The notes beneath the pieces were generated by a model. It ran no database searches, was not told where the DNA came from, and saw only the letters and a list, made by a program, of their open reading frames with translations. Of a DNA stretch of 64,000 nucleotides, positions 23,172 to 33,083 are shown one piece after another; the first letter of the stretch is position 1, and the number at the start of each line of letters is the position of its first letter. This stretch comes from Verrucomicrobiia bacterium (GTDB taxonomy: Bacteria > Verrucomicrobiota > Verrucomicrobiia > Limisphaerales > UBA11358), in contig DASZAB010000050.1 in the NCBI GenBank assembly GCA_035945675.1, positions 5,312 through 69,311 on the forward strand, in the 5' to 3' direction. The translations under genes were made by a program, and so were the position numbers.

Positions 23172-26099
23172 ATGAACATACCGGCAATGGGGAAGGCAAA
23201 TTCCACGCAAGGTTCGTTTGTATTTGCAGATCTTAAAGGCAGGCGAATTTTACTTCTGCTTTGCCTTTTGGGCGCTGGGGTTCCGCTGGTCCGTGGAAAC
23301 CCTTACGGCCTCGATTCACGCCCGGCCATCGGCGCTTTTTTGAATGGTGCCGTGCCGGAAACCGCGCCGGCCATTTCGGGCGACTGGTCGGCAGTGGTTG
23401 CGTTTCCGAACCTGCTTTTCACCAACGCCGTCGGCCTCACGTCCGTGCCGGGGACGAATGAATTATGCGTCTGGGAACGCGAAGGCCGCGTCTGGATGTT
23501 TAAAAATAATCCGGCCGTGGGAGAAAAGAAACTCGTGCTCGACGTTCACCACCAATGCCAGGGCTGGGACGATTCCGGTTTGCTGGGCGTGGCGTTTCAT
23601 CCGGGCTTTGCAACCAACCATTATATTTTTGTTTACTACACCTGGTGCCCGCCCGGCGCGGTGGCCGGCAGCCCGACGACCCGTCCGCCGCCGACCGGGA
23701 ATTACCATGACCGGCTCGAACGCTACACGCTCGACGCGAAAGGTGTGGCGATTCCGGGTTCTCAAACCGTTTTGATCGATCTCGCCGACCAGACCGTCTG
23801 GCATCACGGCGGCGGCATGTTTTTTCACCCGACGAACGGATTTCTTTATCTGACCATCGGTGATAATTCCGTCGGCGACAACGACCAGGTCATCAACAAA
23901 AGTTTATTCGGCGGCGTGCTGCGGCTGGACGTGGATTGCCGTGGTGGCGCCGTCAGCCATCCGATACCGCGCCAGCCGCTCAACGGACACACGACGAATT
24001 ATTTCATCCCCAACGACAATCCCTTTGTCGGTCAATCCAACGTGTTGGAGGAATTTTTCTGCCTCGGCCTGCGCAGCCCGCATCGCATGACCTATGACCC
24101 GGCCACCGGCCGGATTTTCATCGGCGACGTCGGTGAAAGCGCGCGCGAAGAGGTGGACGTGATTGAGCCGGGCGAATCGGGCCTGAATTTCCAGTGGCCT
24201 TACTGTGAAGGCACGCTCGGCCACATGAAGTCGCCTTGCCTGGGCATCAGCCGCGGACCGGTTTTGGATTATCCGCACAGCGACGGGCGCGCGGTCATCG
24301 GCGGTTACGTTTATCGCGGCCAAAAATTCGCCGCCGATCTGGGTGGCAAATACGTCTTCGGCGACAATGTCATGCGGATCATCTGGGCCATGGACGAAAC
24401 AACCACACCGAGGAAAAAAATCATCCTCTGCGTCCTCCCCAGGGGCACCGGGCCCAATTCCGGCTCCGATTACACCGGGCTTTCGTCGTTCGGCACGGAT
24501 GCCCATGGCGAAATTTACATGTGCCAGATGAGCAGTATTGGTGGGCTCATTTATACCCTGGCCCGCGGCGGGCCGCCGCCGCCGAGCCACGCCTTTCCCA
24601 AATTGCTTTCGCAAACCGGCGTGTTTCGTGACCTGCAATCGATGCAGCCGGCCGAGGGCCTCATCCCCTACGCTGTTAACACGCCGCTCTGGTCTGACGG
24701 CGCGGTCAAATCGCGCTGGATGGCGCTGCCCACCGGCACGACCATTCATTTTGCGCCGGATGGCGAATGGCAATTTCCCGCCGGCACGGTCTTCGTCAAA
24801 ACTTTTCAACTGTCCGTGGACGATTCGAACCCGCAAATCCTGCGCCGGCTCGAAACGCGCCTGCTCGTGCGCGATACCAACGGCACGGTTTATGGCGCGA
24901 GCTACAAATGGCGCGCCAACCACCGCGACGCCGATTTGGTCACTGCCGGCATCACCGAGCCGATTGAAATCAAAACCGCGACCGGCGAGCGCACGCAAAA
25001 CTGGTTTTATCCCGGACGACAGGATTGCCTGACCTGCCACACGCCCGTGTCCGGCGGCGTGCTCGGCGTCAAAACCCTTCAGCTCAACGGCGATTTCGCG
25101 TATCCGAACGGCGTGACGGACAATCAAATTCGCGCCTGGAATCACATCGGTCTTTTCGACACCAAACTCGACGAAAATGATATTTCACGTTTCGCCAAAC
25201 TGGTTGCTGTCAACGATACCGTCGCGCCGCTCGAAGTCCGTGCCCGCTCCTATCTCGATGCCAACTGCGCGCAATGCCACCGCCCCGGCGGTGTCGAGGC
25301 ATTCTTTGACACCCGGTTTGACACGCCACTCGAAAAGCAGGGACTCATCAATGGTCCCATCGCCAATCCGCTCGGCATTTCCGGTGCGAAAATCATCGTG
25401 CCCGGCCACATCTCCAAATCCGTGCTCTTCCATCGCGTCAACAGCGTCGGGGACGGACAGATGCCGCCGCTGGCCCGCAACGTGACCGATACCAACGCCG
25501 TTGCCGTCCTCGCGGCGTGGATCAATTCGTTGCCGCGCGTCGTGCCGACGTTGCCGCCGGGCTGGGTGCACCGGGACATCGGCAGTCCCGGCGTTCCGGG
25601 TGACGCCGGCTACGCGAATGGGCGTTTTAACCTGGTCGCGTCCGGCGCCGATATTTGGGATAAGGCCGACGGCTGTCACTTCGCCGGCACACCGCTGACC
25701 GGTGACGGACAAATCACGGCGCATATCCTATCGATGCAATACACCGATCCGTGGGCGAAGGCAGGTGTCATGTTCCGGGAGAATTTCTCCGCCGGCTCGA
25801 AGGACGCGATGATGATCATCACTGCCGGGGGAGACTCGGTTTACCAACGGCGCGTGAAGACCGACGGACGCACCTGGAACACCGACGGCCCGGCCGTCAA
25901 TGTATCGTGCTGGGTGCGCCTGGTCCGCACCGGCGACGTGTTTACCGGCTACGTCTCGACGAACGGGACGGACTGGCAACGCGTGGACAGCATCGCTGTG
26001 CCAATGGGCAGGACCGTTTACGTCGGGCTCGCCCTCACGGCGCACAACAATACGGAACTCAACTCCACGCTGTTCGATAATGTGACCGTTTCAAAGTAG
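23172..26099 (+). CDS. large secreted multidomain protein: SGDH/PQQ-type beta-propeller + CxxCH heme-binding region + C-terminal concanavalin-like (DUF1349-like) domain
   Basis: 975 aa. Signal/TM is ILLLLCLLGAGVPLVRG. Propeller blocks are GLLGVAFHPGF, GGGMFFHP, LGLRSPHRM and AVIGGYVYRG. CLTCH and CAQCH motifs and DGQMPP are present. The C-terminal segment is WVHRDIGSPGVPGDAGY...GTDWQRVDS. Confidence 0.75.
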   Translation: MNIPAMGKANSTQGSFVFADLKGRRILLLLCLLGAGVPLVRGNPYGLDSRPAIGAFLNGAVPETAPAISGDWSAVVAFPNLLFTNAVGLTSVPGTNELCVWEREGRVWMFKNNPAVGEKKLVLDVHHQCQGWDDSGLLGVAFHPGFATNHYIFVYYTWCPPGAVAGSPTTRPPPTGNYHDRLERYTLDAKGVAIPGSQTVLIDLADQTVWHHGGGMFFHPTNGFLYLTIGDNSVGDNDQVINKSLFGGVLRLDVDCRGGAVSHPIPRQPLNGHTTNYFIPNDNPFVGQSNVLEEFFCLGLRSPHRMTYDPATGRIFIGDVGESAREEVDVIEPGESGLNFQWPYCEGTLGHMKSPCLGISRGPVLDYPHSDGRAVIGGYVYRGQKFAADLGGKYVFGDNVMRIIWAMDETTTPRKKIILCVLPRGTGPNSGSDYTGLSSFGTDAHGEIYMCQMSSIGGLIYTLARGGPPPPSHAFPKLLSQTGVFRDLQSMQPAEGLIPYAVNTPLWSDGAVKSRWMALPTGTTIHFAPDGEWQFPAGTVFVKTFQLSVDDSNPQILRRLETRLLVRDTNGTVYGASYKWRANHRDADLVTAGITEPIEIKTATGERTQNWFYPGRQDCLTCHTPVSGGVLGVKTLQLNGDFAYPNGVTDNQIRAWNHIGLFDTKLDENDISRFAKLVAVNDTVAPLEVRARSYLDANCAQCHRPGGVEAFFDTRFDTPLEKQGLINGPIANPLGISGAKIIVPGHISKSVLFHRVNSVGDGQMPPLARNVTDTNAVAVLAAWINSLPRVVPTLPPGWVHRDIGSPGVPGDAGYANGRFNLVASGADIWDKADGCHFAGTPLTGDGQITAHILSMQYTDPWAKAGVMFRENFSAGSKDAMMIITAGGDSVYQRRVKTDGRTWNTDGPAVNVSCWVRLVRTGDVFTGYVSTNGTDWQRVDSIAVPMGRTVYVGLALTAHNNTELNSTLFDNVTVSK

Positions 26100-26156
26100 C
26101 AGCGGACGTGAGTCCGCTCATTTTTTAAGATGGAGCCGACTCACGTCGGCTGCTAC
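26096..26156. repeat. REP-like element GTAGCAGC...GCTGCTAC
   Basis: GTAGCAGCGGAC-gtga-GTCCGCT ... GCCGAC-tcac-GTCGGCTGCTAC. The TAG stop of the upstream gene (26097-26099) lies inside the element. A further hairpin, AACCGCGG-ttttcat-CCGCGGTT, follows at 26158-26180. Confidence 0.8.
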
Positions 26157-26232
26157 AAACCGCGGTTTTCATCCGCGGTTGATAATCCCCTTCCCGTCTC
26201 GACAATGGCGGTTTTTTTCTTAAATTGTTGGA

Positions 26233-27021
26233 ATGTCGTTGGCCAACCAACCGTTGATTATCGCGGGCAGAATAATCCGGTCGCGCCTGATTCTGGGAAC
26301 GGGCAAGTTCTCGTCGCCGGAAGCCATGCGCGACGCGCTCGACGCCAGCGGCGCGGAACTGGTCACCGTCGCCCTGCGCCGCGCCGATTTAAGCGGCCGG
26401 CACGACCCGTTCGCGAATATCCTGGAGTTCATTGATCCGAAAAAATATCTCCTGTTGCCCAACACCAGCGGTGCGATGAATGCCGAAGAAGCCGTCCGGC
26501 TCGCGCGCCTCGCCGCCGCCGCCGGTTTGCCGAAATGGGTCAAACTCGAAATCCATCCCGACCCGCGTTATCTGCTGCCCGATCCGGTGGAAACGTTCAA
26601 GGCCGCCGAGGTGCTGGTTAAGGAAGGGTTCACTGTATTGCCTTACATTAACGCCGATCCGGTGCTGGCCAAGCGGTTGCAGGACGCCGGTTGCGCGACG
26701 GTGATGCCGCTTGGCTCGCCCATCGGTTCGAATCGCGGCATCCAGACGCGCGACCAGATCCGCATCATCATCGAGCAGGCGACGGTGCCGGTGGTGGTGG
26801 ATGCCGGCCTTGGCGCGCCGAGCCACGCGGCGGAAGCCATGGAAATGGGTGCCGACGCGGTGCTCGTCAACACGGCCATCGCCGTTTCGAGCGATCCGAA
26901 CCGGATAGCGATCGCCTTCAAAAACGCGGTCGAAGCCGGGCGCGCCGCTTACGAAACCGGTCTCGCGGCACAACAGGAAACCGCCAGCGCCACGAGTCCG
27001 CTGACGGCCTTTCTGGACTAG
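26233..27021 (+). CDS. thiG: thiazole synthase
   Basis: 262 aa: [36 protein letters not shown] and [31 protein letters not shown]. Confidence 0.9.
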   Translation: MSLANQPLIIAGRIIRSRLILGTGKFSSPEAMRDALDASGAELVTVALRRADLSGRHDPFANILEFIDPKKYLLLPNTSGAMNAEEAVRLARLAAAAGLPKWVKLEIHPDPRYLLPDPVETFKAAEVLVKEGFTVLPYINADPVLAKRLQDAGCATVMPLGSPIGSNRGIQTRDQIRIIIEQATVPVVVDAGLGAPSHAAEAMEMGADAVLVNTAIAVSSDPNRIAIAFKNAVEAGRAAYETGLAAQQETASATSPLTAFLD

Positions 27022-27266
27022 ACGGTCTATCTTCAGAACGGGATCGGGCGAATTTTACAGGACAGACAAACGAAATTTTAGGCACAGGCTGGCCCTTCCG
27101 CAAAGAGGAAAAGCCGTTCTGACCCGGGCTATCAAGGATTTACAAGACTGTCCCTCCCAACTGCATATTCCCGGATTCCAAACCGGATTTTCCTGTCGCC
27201 GGCTTCTCGGAAACATTCGGACGTGAACGCCATGGCATTAGAGTTGCTATTCGTCGCAAAATAGAA

Positions 27267-28061
27267 ATGAACATTCGTTCAATCACAATCGTCGTTGCTG
27301 TTCTCGTCATGTCCACTGTGGCTGGATCTGCACAGGATTGGACCCAAGGTTCACAAGGTTCAACCGTTTGGACCCTCCCCGGTTCCCACGCCCGAACGCA
27401 AGACCCGCAAAGCCGAACCGCGGACCCGGAGTTTTTTCTGGCCCGACATCTGTATGTTCACGTTGACGGCGGTCTGGCGTACCAACAAGATGCAACCCTG
27501 GAAGAGACAATTTCCTCAAGCAGTCCGCCACCAATCTTTACCAGCGGTACGGTGACGTACCAGCCGGGTGTCCGGGGAAACGTGGCCTTGGGCTACAATA
27601 TCAACCGGTCCTGGGCAGCGGAATTTGACACGGGCGTGATTTGGAATTCTATAGATAACTTCGACGGCACCTCATTAAATTCCGTGGGTGCGAGCTTCGA
27701 CACCTACACCATTCCGCTGCTGGCGAACATCGTTTATCGCATTCCCATCAAAGGTCCCTGGGCTGCCTATCTGGGCGCAGGCGCCGGCGGGGCCGCCAGC
27801 ATTCTCTCGTACTCGCAAACGTACCTCGGGACCAGATACAGCTGGGGCGGCTCCAGCTTTGTATTCGGCTATCAGGCGAAAGCGGGTCTGCAATACAAAT
27901 TAAGCAGGAACGCTGCCCTTGACGTCGCCTATGAATTCTTCGGCACAACCGATCCCAGCTGGAGTTCCACCCAAAGCTTCGGGACCCCGGCCGATTATCA
28001 ATTCAAAGAAAAAGGCTTTTACACCCACTCCCTGGTCATCGGTTTTACCTGGAGCTTCTGA
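27267..28061 (+). CDS. outer-membrane beta-barrel protein
   Basis: 264 aa with a signal peptide (VAVLVMSTVAGSAQ), alternating amphipathic strands and a terminal aromatic residue (FTWSF). Confidence 0.65.
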   Translation: MNIRSITIVVAVLVMSTVAGSAQDWTQGSQGSTVWTLPGSHARTQDPQSRTADPEFFLARHLYVHVDGGLAYQQDATLEETISSSSPPPIFTSGTVTYQPGVRGNVALGYNINRSWAAEFDTGVIWNSIDNFDGTSLNSVGASFDTYTIPLLANIVYRIPIKGPWAAYLGAGAGGAASILSYSQTYLGTRYSWGGSSFVFGYQAKAGLQYKLSRNAALDVAYEFFGTTDPSWSSTQSFGTPADYQFKEKGFYTHSLVIGFTWSF

Positions 28062-28081
28062 CCCCGCCCCCAAATCAGATC

Positions 28082-28127
28082 GCGCCTCCGTGACTGAAGC
28101 TGTGACCGGAGGCGCGGAACTTTTTGT
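28082..28127 (+). terminator. intrinsic terminator
   Basis: GCGCCTCCG (28082-28090) pairs with CGGAGGCGC (28107-28115), followed by GGAACTTTTTG. Confidence 0.6.
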
Positions 28128-28181
28128 CACCGGCCGGCCCTCAATTCTTTGTTTCCTTCCCCGGCCAATACGGGTTAAAAG

Positions 28182-29204
28182 ATGGTCGTGAATTACACCA
28201 CATTACCGGTGGCGCGCGTCCGGAAATTGCTAACCGCCGCGCGCCAGGCCCGCGTGCTGGTCATCGGCGACGTGATGCTCGACCAGTTCATCTGGGGCGG
28301 GGTCTCGCGCATTTCGCCCGAAGCACCGGTGCCGGTTGTGGAATTCGCGCGGGAAAGCTTCATGCCGGGCGGCGCGGCCAACGTGGCGCGCAATCTGGCC
28401 GCGCTCAACGCCTTCACGGAAATTTTTGGCATGGTGGGCCGGGATGAAAACGGCCGCCGTTTGAAACACCTGCTCTGCGGACAAAACATCCACTGCGGCG
28501 GCCTGCTGGCCAACGCCGCCCGCCTGACCAGTGTCAAAACCCGCATCGTCGCCCACCAGCAACAGGTCGTCCGCATTGACCGCGAAACGCGCGACGGTCT
28601 GGACGCGCGCCTCACCGGGCGTTTGCTGGCGGAAATCAAATCAAAACTCCCGAAGGCCGATGCCGTCATTGTCGGCGATTACGGCAAGGGTGTCATCACC
28701 CAGCCGTTGCTCAACGAACTTAAATCGCTTTGCCGCGCGCGTGGCGTCTGGTTGAGCTTTGACCCGAAACCGGTCCACCATTTGAACCTGGCCGGCCTGT
28801 CGCTCATCACGCCTAATCGCAAGGAGGCCTTTGAACTGGCGGCCCTGCTGGACGAAACGCGCTGCCCGAATCCGCTTGCCGATAACAATCTCATGCTCGC
28901 CGCCGAACGCTTGCTCAACGAGCTTCGGCCGGCCGTCCTGCTCATCACGCTCGGCGAGCTGGGTATGTTGCTCTGCCAGCGCGGGCAAAAGCCAGTCCAC
29001 ATCCCCACCGTGGCGCAGGAAGTGTTCGATGTTTCCGGCGCGGGCGACACCGTCATCGCCACGTTTACGCTGGGGATTGCCGCCGGTGCGTCGCCGCTGG
29101 AGGCGGCACTCCTGTCGAATCACGCGGCGGGCCTCGTCGTCGGCAAGGTCGGCACCGCCACAACCTCACCGGAGGAATTGCTGGAAAGTTTTAACCGCGG
29201 ATGA
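28182..29204 (+). CDS. hldA: D-glycero-beta-D-manno-heptose-7-phosphate kinase (RfaE domain I / PfkB family)
   Basis: 340 aa: VLVIGDVMLDQFIWG.V.RISPEAPVPVV, PGGAANVA and DVSGAGDTVIA. Confidence 0.75.
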   Translation: MVVNYTTLPVARVRKLLTAARQARVLVIGDVMLDQFIWGGVSRISPEAPVPVVEFARESFMPGGAANVARNLAALNAFTEIFGMVGRDENGRRLKHLLCGQNIHCGGLLANAARLTSVKTRIVAHQQQVVRIDRETRDGLDARLTGRLLAEIKSKLPKADAVIVGDYGKGVITQPLLNELKSLCRARGVWLSFDPKPVHHLNLAGLSLITPNRKEAFELAALLDETRCPNPLADNNLMLAAERLLNELRPAVLLITLGELGMLLCQRGQKPVHIPTVAQEVFDVSGAGDTVIATFTLGIAAGASPLEAALLSNHAAGLVVGKVGTATTSPEELLESFNRG

Positions 29205-29239
29205 ACGGAAGACGTGGATTGAACATAAGAAGTGACGAA

Positions 29240-29300
29240 CCCTCGCCCCTTCCCTCTCCCCGCCGGGCGGGCAGAGGGTGACCGGAGGTCGGGTGCGGGG
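29240..29300. repeat. CTCTCCCC/GGGGAGAG-type palindromic element
   Basis: CCCTCTCCCCGCC...GGGCGGGCAGAGGG and GACCGGAGGTCGGGTGCGGGG. It is related to 4874-4986 and lies just upstream of the panB start. Confidence 0.5.
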
Positions 29301-29336
29301 ATTTTAGTCCGCGCCAGTTCCTCAGTTCACAAAACC

Positions 29337-30104
29337 ATGACGAATCAAACAAAGATCACAAGTGAAACGATTCGTGCGATGAAAAGTCGCGGCGAGAAAA
29401 TTGCCGCGCTGACGGCCTATGATTTTCCCCTGGCGAAACTGCTCGACGAGGCGGGCATTCCGCTCATTCATGTCGGCGATTCACTGGGCATGGTGGTGCT
29501 CGGTTATCCCGACACCACGCACGTGACCATGGCCGAAATGGAGCATCACGTGCGTGCCGCCGCTCGCGCGAAGCCAAAGGCCCTGCTCGGCGCCGATTTG
29601 CCGTTCAAAAGTTACGAGACGCCGGAACTGGCGGTTGAGAACTCAAAGCGCCTCGCTGCCGCGGGCGCGGAGTTCGTGAAGGCGGAAGGCGGACACGAAA
29701 TCCTTGACCAGGTGCGCGCGATTATTTCCGCCGGCATCCCGTTTTGCGGACATCTGGGCATGTTGCCGCAACACGCCGTCGAAGAAGGCGGTTATCACGT
29801 CAAAGGCAAAAAGGACGCGGAACACCAGGCGCTGCTCGAGGACGCGCAGGCCCTGGCAACCGCGGGCGCATTTGCCATTGTCCTGGAACTGGTGACGCCC
29901 CCGGTGGCACAGGAATTGACCAAAGCGCTTCCGATTCCGACCATTGGCATCGGCAGCGGCCCTGATTGCGATGGGCAGATTCTGGTCACCTCGGATTTGA
30001 TCGGCATGTTCCCGTGGTTCACACCGCGTTTTGTCAAACCGCGCGCGAACTGCGCGGCGGAGATCCAGGCCGCCGTGGCCGCCTGGAAAAATTCCCTCGT
30101 TTAA
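29337..30104 (+). CDS. panB: 3-methyl-2-oxobutanoate hydroxymethyltransferase
   Basis: ORF 29232-30104. The likely start is 29337 (MTNQTKITSETIRAMKSRGEKIAALTAYD). GDSLGMVVLGY and VKAEGG motifs are present. The upstream part of the ORF is the repeat element. Confidence 0.9.
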   Translation: MTNQTKITSETIRAMKSRGEKIAALTAYDFPLAKLLDEAGIPLIHVGDSLGMVVLGYPDTTHVTMAEMEHHVRAAARAKPKALLGADLPFKSYETPELAVENSKRLAAAGAEFVKAEGGHEILDQVRAIISAGIPFCGHLGMLPQHAVEEGGYHVKGKKDAEHQALLEDAQALATAGAFAIVLELVTPPVAQELTKALPIPTIGIGSGPDCDGQILVTSDLIGMFPWFTPRFVKPRANCAAEIQAAVAAWKNSLV

Positions 30105-30155
30105 TCCTGGAACTTTTCATTGGCCCAAGTGTTGCTTTAGACAGACCGAAATCGC

Positions 30156-31340
30156 ATGGAATTGGAATCATTGATTGAATCGGCGGCGGCCAACGGCGCC
30201 AGCGACCTGCATTTGGAAGCCGGGATGCCGGCGGCACTGCGCATCCGCGGCGCCTTACGGGTGGCGGGCGAACCGATTGCGCCGAAAACCTTGCTGGACA
30301 TGGCACGGACACTCATCGGCGAAAGCCAGTGGCCGGCCTTTCTGGAGCGGCGCTCGTATGACCTGTCCAAAACCGTCCGTGGCATTCGTTGCCGCATCAA
30401 CGTGCTGCAATCCTCGCGCGGCGTTGGCATGGCGATCCGCCTGCTCGCAGCCTTTCAAGCCACGGTGGAAAAGCTCAACCTGCTGCCGGACCTGAAAAAG
30501 CTGGTCAAGAACACCCACGGCCTGATTCTGATTTGCGGCCCGACCGGCAGCGGCAAATCCTCGACGCTGGCTGCCTTGATTCAGGAAATCAATCTCTCCG
30601 AAACGCGCCACATTGTAACGGTCGAAAGCCCCATCGAATACACCTTCCGCCCGCGCCGGGCCTACATCCGCCAGCGCGAAGTCGGACGCGACACGCCGAG
30701 TTTCGAACAGGCCCTGCTGGACGCCCTGCGCGAGGACCCCGACGTGCTGATGGTCGGTGAAATGCGCGACCCGGAAACGATGCGCCTCACCTTGAGCGCC
30801 TCGGAAACCGGCCATCTCGTCCTGGCCACCGTGCATTCCTCGACCTGCGCCGAGGCGATCCAGCGCGTGGCTTCGGCGTTCCCGGCGGAAATTCAGAGCG
30901 CCGTCTGCTCGCAACTGGCTGATTGCCTCGTCGCGGTCATTTCCCAGCGGCTCCGGTTCCGGCAGGACTTGAACATCCTGTTGCCCGAGTGTGAAATCCT
31001 GATGGCGACCCACGCCGTGAAAAACTTCATCCGCACCCGCGAATTTTTCAAAGTCATCACGGCGATTGAGACCGGCGCCGATCACGGCATGTGGACGTTC
31101 CAGCGTTACGCCAAATGGCTGGAAACCCGGGAAAACTTCTTCATCCCCGGCCAGAACGCCGAACCGCCCGACAGCGAACCGGCCGAATCCGCCTTGCCGG
31201 CCCCGGTGCTGCCAGCCATGACCAGCAGTGCGCCGAAAGCGGTGGAAAAGAAAGCCAGGCCGCTCTCCCATCATGAAAGTGGCCGGATTGAAATCGAGCC
31301 CGTTGAAGGCGAGTTTGGCAAAATCCTCAAGAAACCGTAA
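30156..31340 (+). CDS. PilT-like type IV pilus retraction-family ATPase with C-terminal extension
   Basis: 394 aa. Walker A is GPTGSGKSST, Walker B is DVLMVGEMRD and the His box is TGHLVLATVHS. An extra Pro/Ala-rich tail of about 50 aa follows. No other pilus genes are nearby. Confidence 0.8.
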   Translation: MELESLIESAAANGASDLHLEAGMPAALRIRGALRVAGEPIAPKTLLDMARTLIGESQWPAFLERRSYDLSKTVRGIRCRINVLQSSRGVGMAIRLLAAFQATVEKLNLLPDLKKLVKNTHGLILICGPTGSGKSSTLAALIQEINLSETRHIVTVESPIEYTFRPRRAYIRQREVGRDTPSFEQALLDALREDPDVLMVGEMRDPETMRLTLSASETGHLVLATVHSSTCAEAIQRVASAFPAEIQSAVCSQLADCLVAVISQRLRFRQDLNILLPECEILMATHAVKNFIRTREFFKVITAIETGADHGMWTFQRYAKWLETRENFFIPGQNAEPPDSEPAESALPAPVLPAMTSSAPKAVEKKARPLSHHESGRIEIEPVEGEFGKILKKP

Positions 31341-31497
31341 TCAGGCAGGCTGTTACCGCCCGGCAAGATCATCACCATCGGCGACTCCCGACGTTTCAGG
31401 GGCCGAAGCGTCAAGTCCATACTCCCGTTTTTCTTTTGGCTTGGACAGCCTTTGTCCAACCCCACCCGCTAGGATGCCACGAAAAGAAAGGTTAAAT

Positions 31498-31710
31498 ATG
31501 AACAATGAACAACTCGAACTTGGCATCAACCCCGGCCTCCGATACCGGGGCGCCACGCCGGCACGGCGTGGGGGACGCATCGCTCGGGCAAGCTGGTGGT
31601 TCACCCAGATGCGGAACATGGTGAGCCGCGCGATGGATTGGGAAACTGCCGGCCAACCGCGCCCGGAACAGATCTGGATTCCTGGCGCCCACCGCGAAGT
31701 CAAGGTTTAG
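31498..31710 (+). CDS. small basic hypothetical protein
   Basis: The ATG at 31498 is preceded by GAAAGGTTAAAT. The 70-aa product reads MNNEQLELGINPGLRYRGATPARRGGRIARASWWFTQMRNMV.... There is no homology I can name, and the coding status is uncertain. Confidence 0.35.
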   Translation: MNNEQLELGINPGLRYRGATPARRGGRIARASWWFTQMRNMVSRAMDWETAGQPRPEQIWIPGAHREVKV

Positions 31711-31726
31711 CCCCGCTGAAGCCAGG

Positions 31727-31766
31727 GCGCGCCGGCTACTTCCCCACAACAGAATAGCCGGCGCGC
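31727..31766. terminator. 12-bp perfect hairpin straddling the esterase stop codon (possible bidirectional terminator)
   Basis: GCGCGCCGGCTA (31727-31738) pairs with TAGCCGGCGCGC (31755-31766). There is no T-run. It lies between convergent genes. Confidence 0.4.
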
Positions 31767-32362
31767 ACAAAATCCCGGATCCCCACGATTTCCTCTTCGA
31801 TCATCGTGTGCACCTTGGCGAATTCGCGCCATTCAAGATTGAGGCCCGCGGATTTGAGCAGCGGAATTTGCGTGCGGACCTGATCAATCGGCAACAATGG
31901 GTCGGCGGTGCCGTGGGTCAGGAGCAGCCGTTGTTGTCTGGCAACCGGCGAGAGTTCCTGCATCAGTTTCTCCGGCTCGCACACCCAGCCGCTGATGCAA
32001 ACCACACCGGCAAACCGGTGCGGATAACGCAAACCAACTTCCACGGCCATCAAACTGCCCTGCGAAAAGCCGCCGAATGTGATTTGTTCCGCCGGAAATC
32101 CGCGGGCGCGCAAATCGTCGAGCAGTTCAAAAAGCAGTTTCCGGCTCCGCTGCACACCGGGCACGAGGTCGTTCAAATCGAACCACGCATAGCCGCCGTA
32201 ATAATCGTCCGGCGCATTGACCAGCAGGTAGTTCAGCCACGGCAGGTTCATGGCCTCCGGCAGCCAGCGGTAGCCTTCGATGCTGTCGCCCAGACCGTGC
32301 AGCATCACCATCAGCCGTCGGGAATTTTTCTCCTGCGCCGGGATCAGTTCGCTTTGGAGCAT
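31736..32362 (-). CDS. alpha/beta hydrolase, phospholipase/carboxylesterase family
   Basis: 208 aa: VMLHGLGDS and nucleophile elbow GFSQGS. Confidence 0.8.
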   Translation of the reverse strand: MLQSELIPAQEKNSRRLMVMLHGLGDSIEGYRWLPEAMNLPWLNYLLVNAPDDYYGGYAWFDLNDLVPGVQRSRKLLFELLDDLRARGFPAEQITFGGFSQGSLMAVEVGLRYPHRFAGVVCISGWVCEPEKLMQELSPVARQQRLLLTHGTADPLLPIDQVRTQIPLLKSAGLNLEWREFAKVHTMIEEEIVGIRDFVRAGYSVVGK

Positions 32363-32365
32363 GAA

Positions 32366-32839
32366 CTATTTTCCCGAAGCCGCCACCGTTTTCAAGCGTT
32401 TAGCCTCCTGATCGAGCCACTGAATCAATTGCTGGCGTTGGTCGGCGGTGAGCCGGGATGCCGGATGGATCACCTGATATTTGGCCGGCGGCATTTCCTT
32501 GTAGCCCAACTCTTCGCTGGCGTTTTCCAGCCGCTTGGCGGCGCGTTCCGGATCGTCCACCGGCCAGTCGGAAAGATTCAAATGCCGTCGCCCGCCCTGC
32601 ACGTCGTCGGCAATCAACCATGACACCGGCGCGATGTGACTGTACCACGGCCATTGGGTTTCGTAGGAATGACAATCGTAACACGCGCCGCGGAACAGGG
32701 TGGCGAGAGGCGGCGGCGGGTTTTCGGCCGCCAAAAAATCATGAACGACCGTCGGGTTCGTGCGCGCCGGATTCGTGAATTGCAGCAGCACAAAAACCAC
32801 TGCCAGCACCCCGAGAATCCATGTCAATTTTTTCTTCAT
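32366..32839 (-). CDS. heme-binding-domain protein (secreted/membrane-anchored)
   Basis: ORF 32366-32932 with likely start at 32839 (MKKKLTWILGVLAVVFVLLQF). CYDCHSYETQWPWYSHIAPVSWLI is typical of the 'haem-binding domain' family. Confidence 0.7.
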   Translation of the reverse strand: MKKKLTWILGVLAVVFVLLQFTNPARTNPTVVHDFLAAENPPPPLATLFRGACYDCHSYETQWPWYSHIAPVSWLIADDVQGGRRHLNLSDWPVDDPERAAKRLENASEELGYKEMPPAKYQVIHPASRLTADQRQQLIQWLDQEAKRLKTVAASGK

Positions 32840-32935
32840 CTCACTAGTCGGATGCCCCAACAATGGGAAAAGTTCCCGCCCGAAGCAAACCCGAAAATGA
32901 TATCCGCACCTGGCAATGGGCTGCTTTGCCAAATG

Positions 32936-32981
32936 TTTGGGGTCCCGCCTTCAGGCGGCCGCATAAAGGCGGAACCCCAAA
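32936..32981. repeat. palindromic element, family CCGCCTTCAGGCGG / GCGGAACCCC
   Basis: TTTGGGGTCCCGCCTTCAGGCGGCCGCATAAAGGCGGAACCCCAAA. Same architecture as 3083-3129. Confidence 0.7.
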
Positions 32982-33083
32982 CCAAAATGACTGCTCCCCG
33001 CCACCATCCAGACTTGTTCAGCACCCTGCCCCACTTTAGTCTTCATCCGATTTAACCACATCCACCAATACCAGAGGCATTTT

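Noticed and set aside
26100-26232. Possible TPP riboswitch upstream of thiG.
   Set aside because: No CTGAGA/ACCTGA-type conserved TPP-aptamer core is visible. The region is occupied by a REP copy and a simple hairpin.
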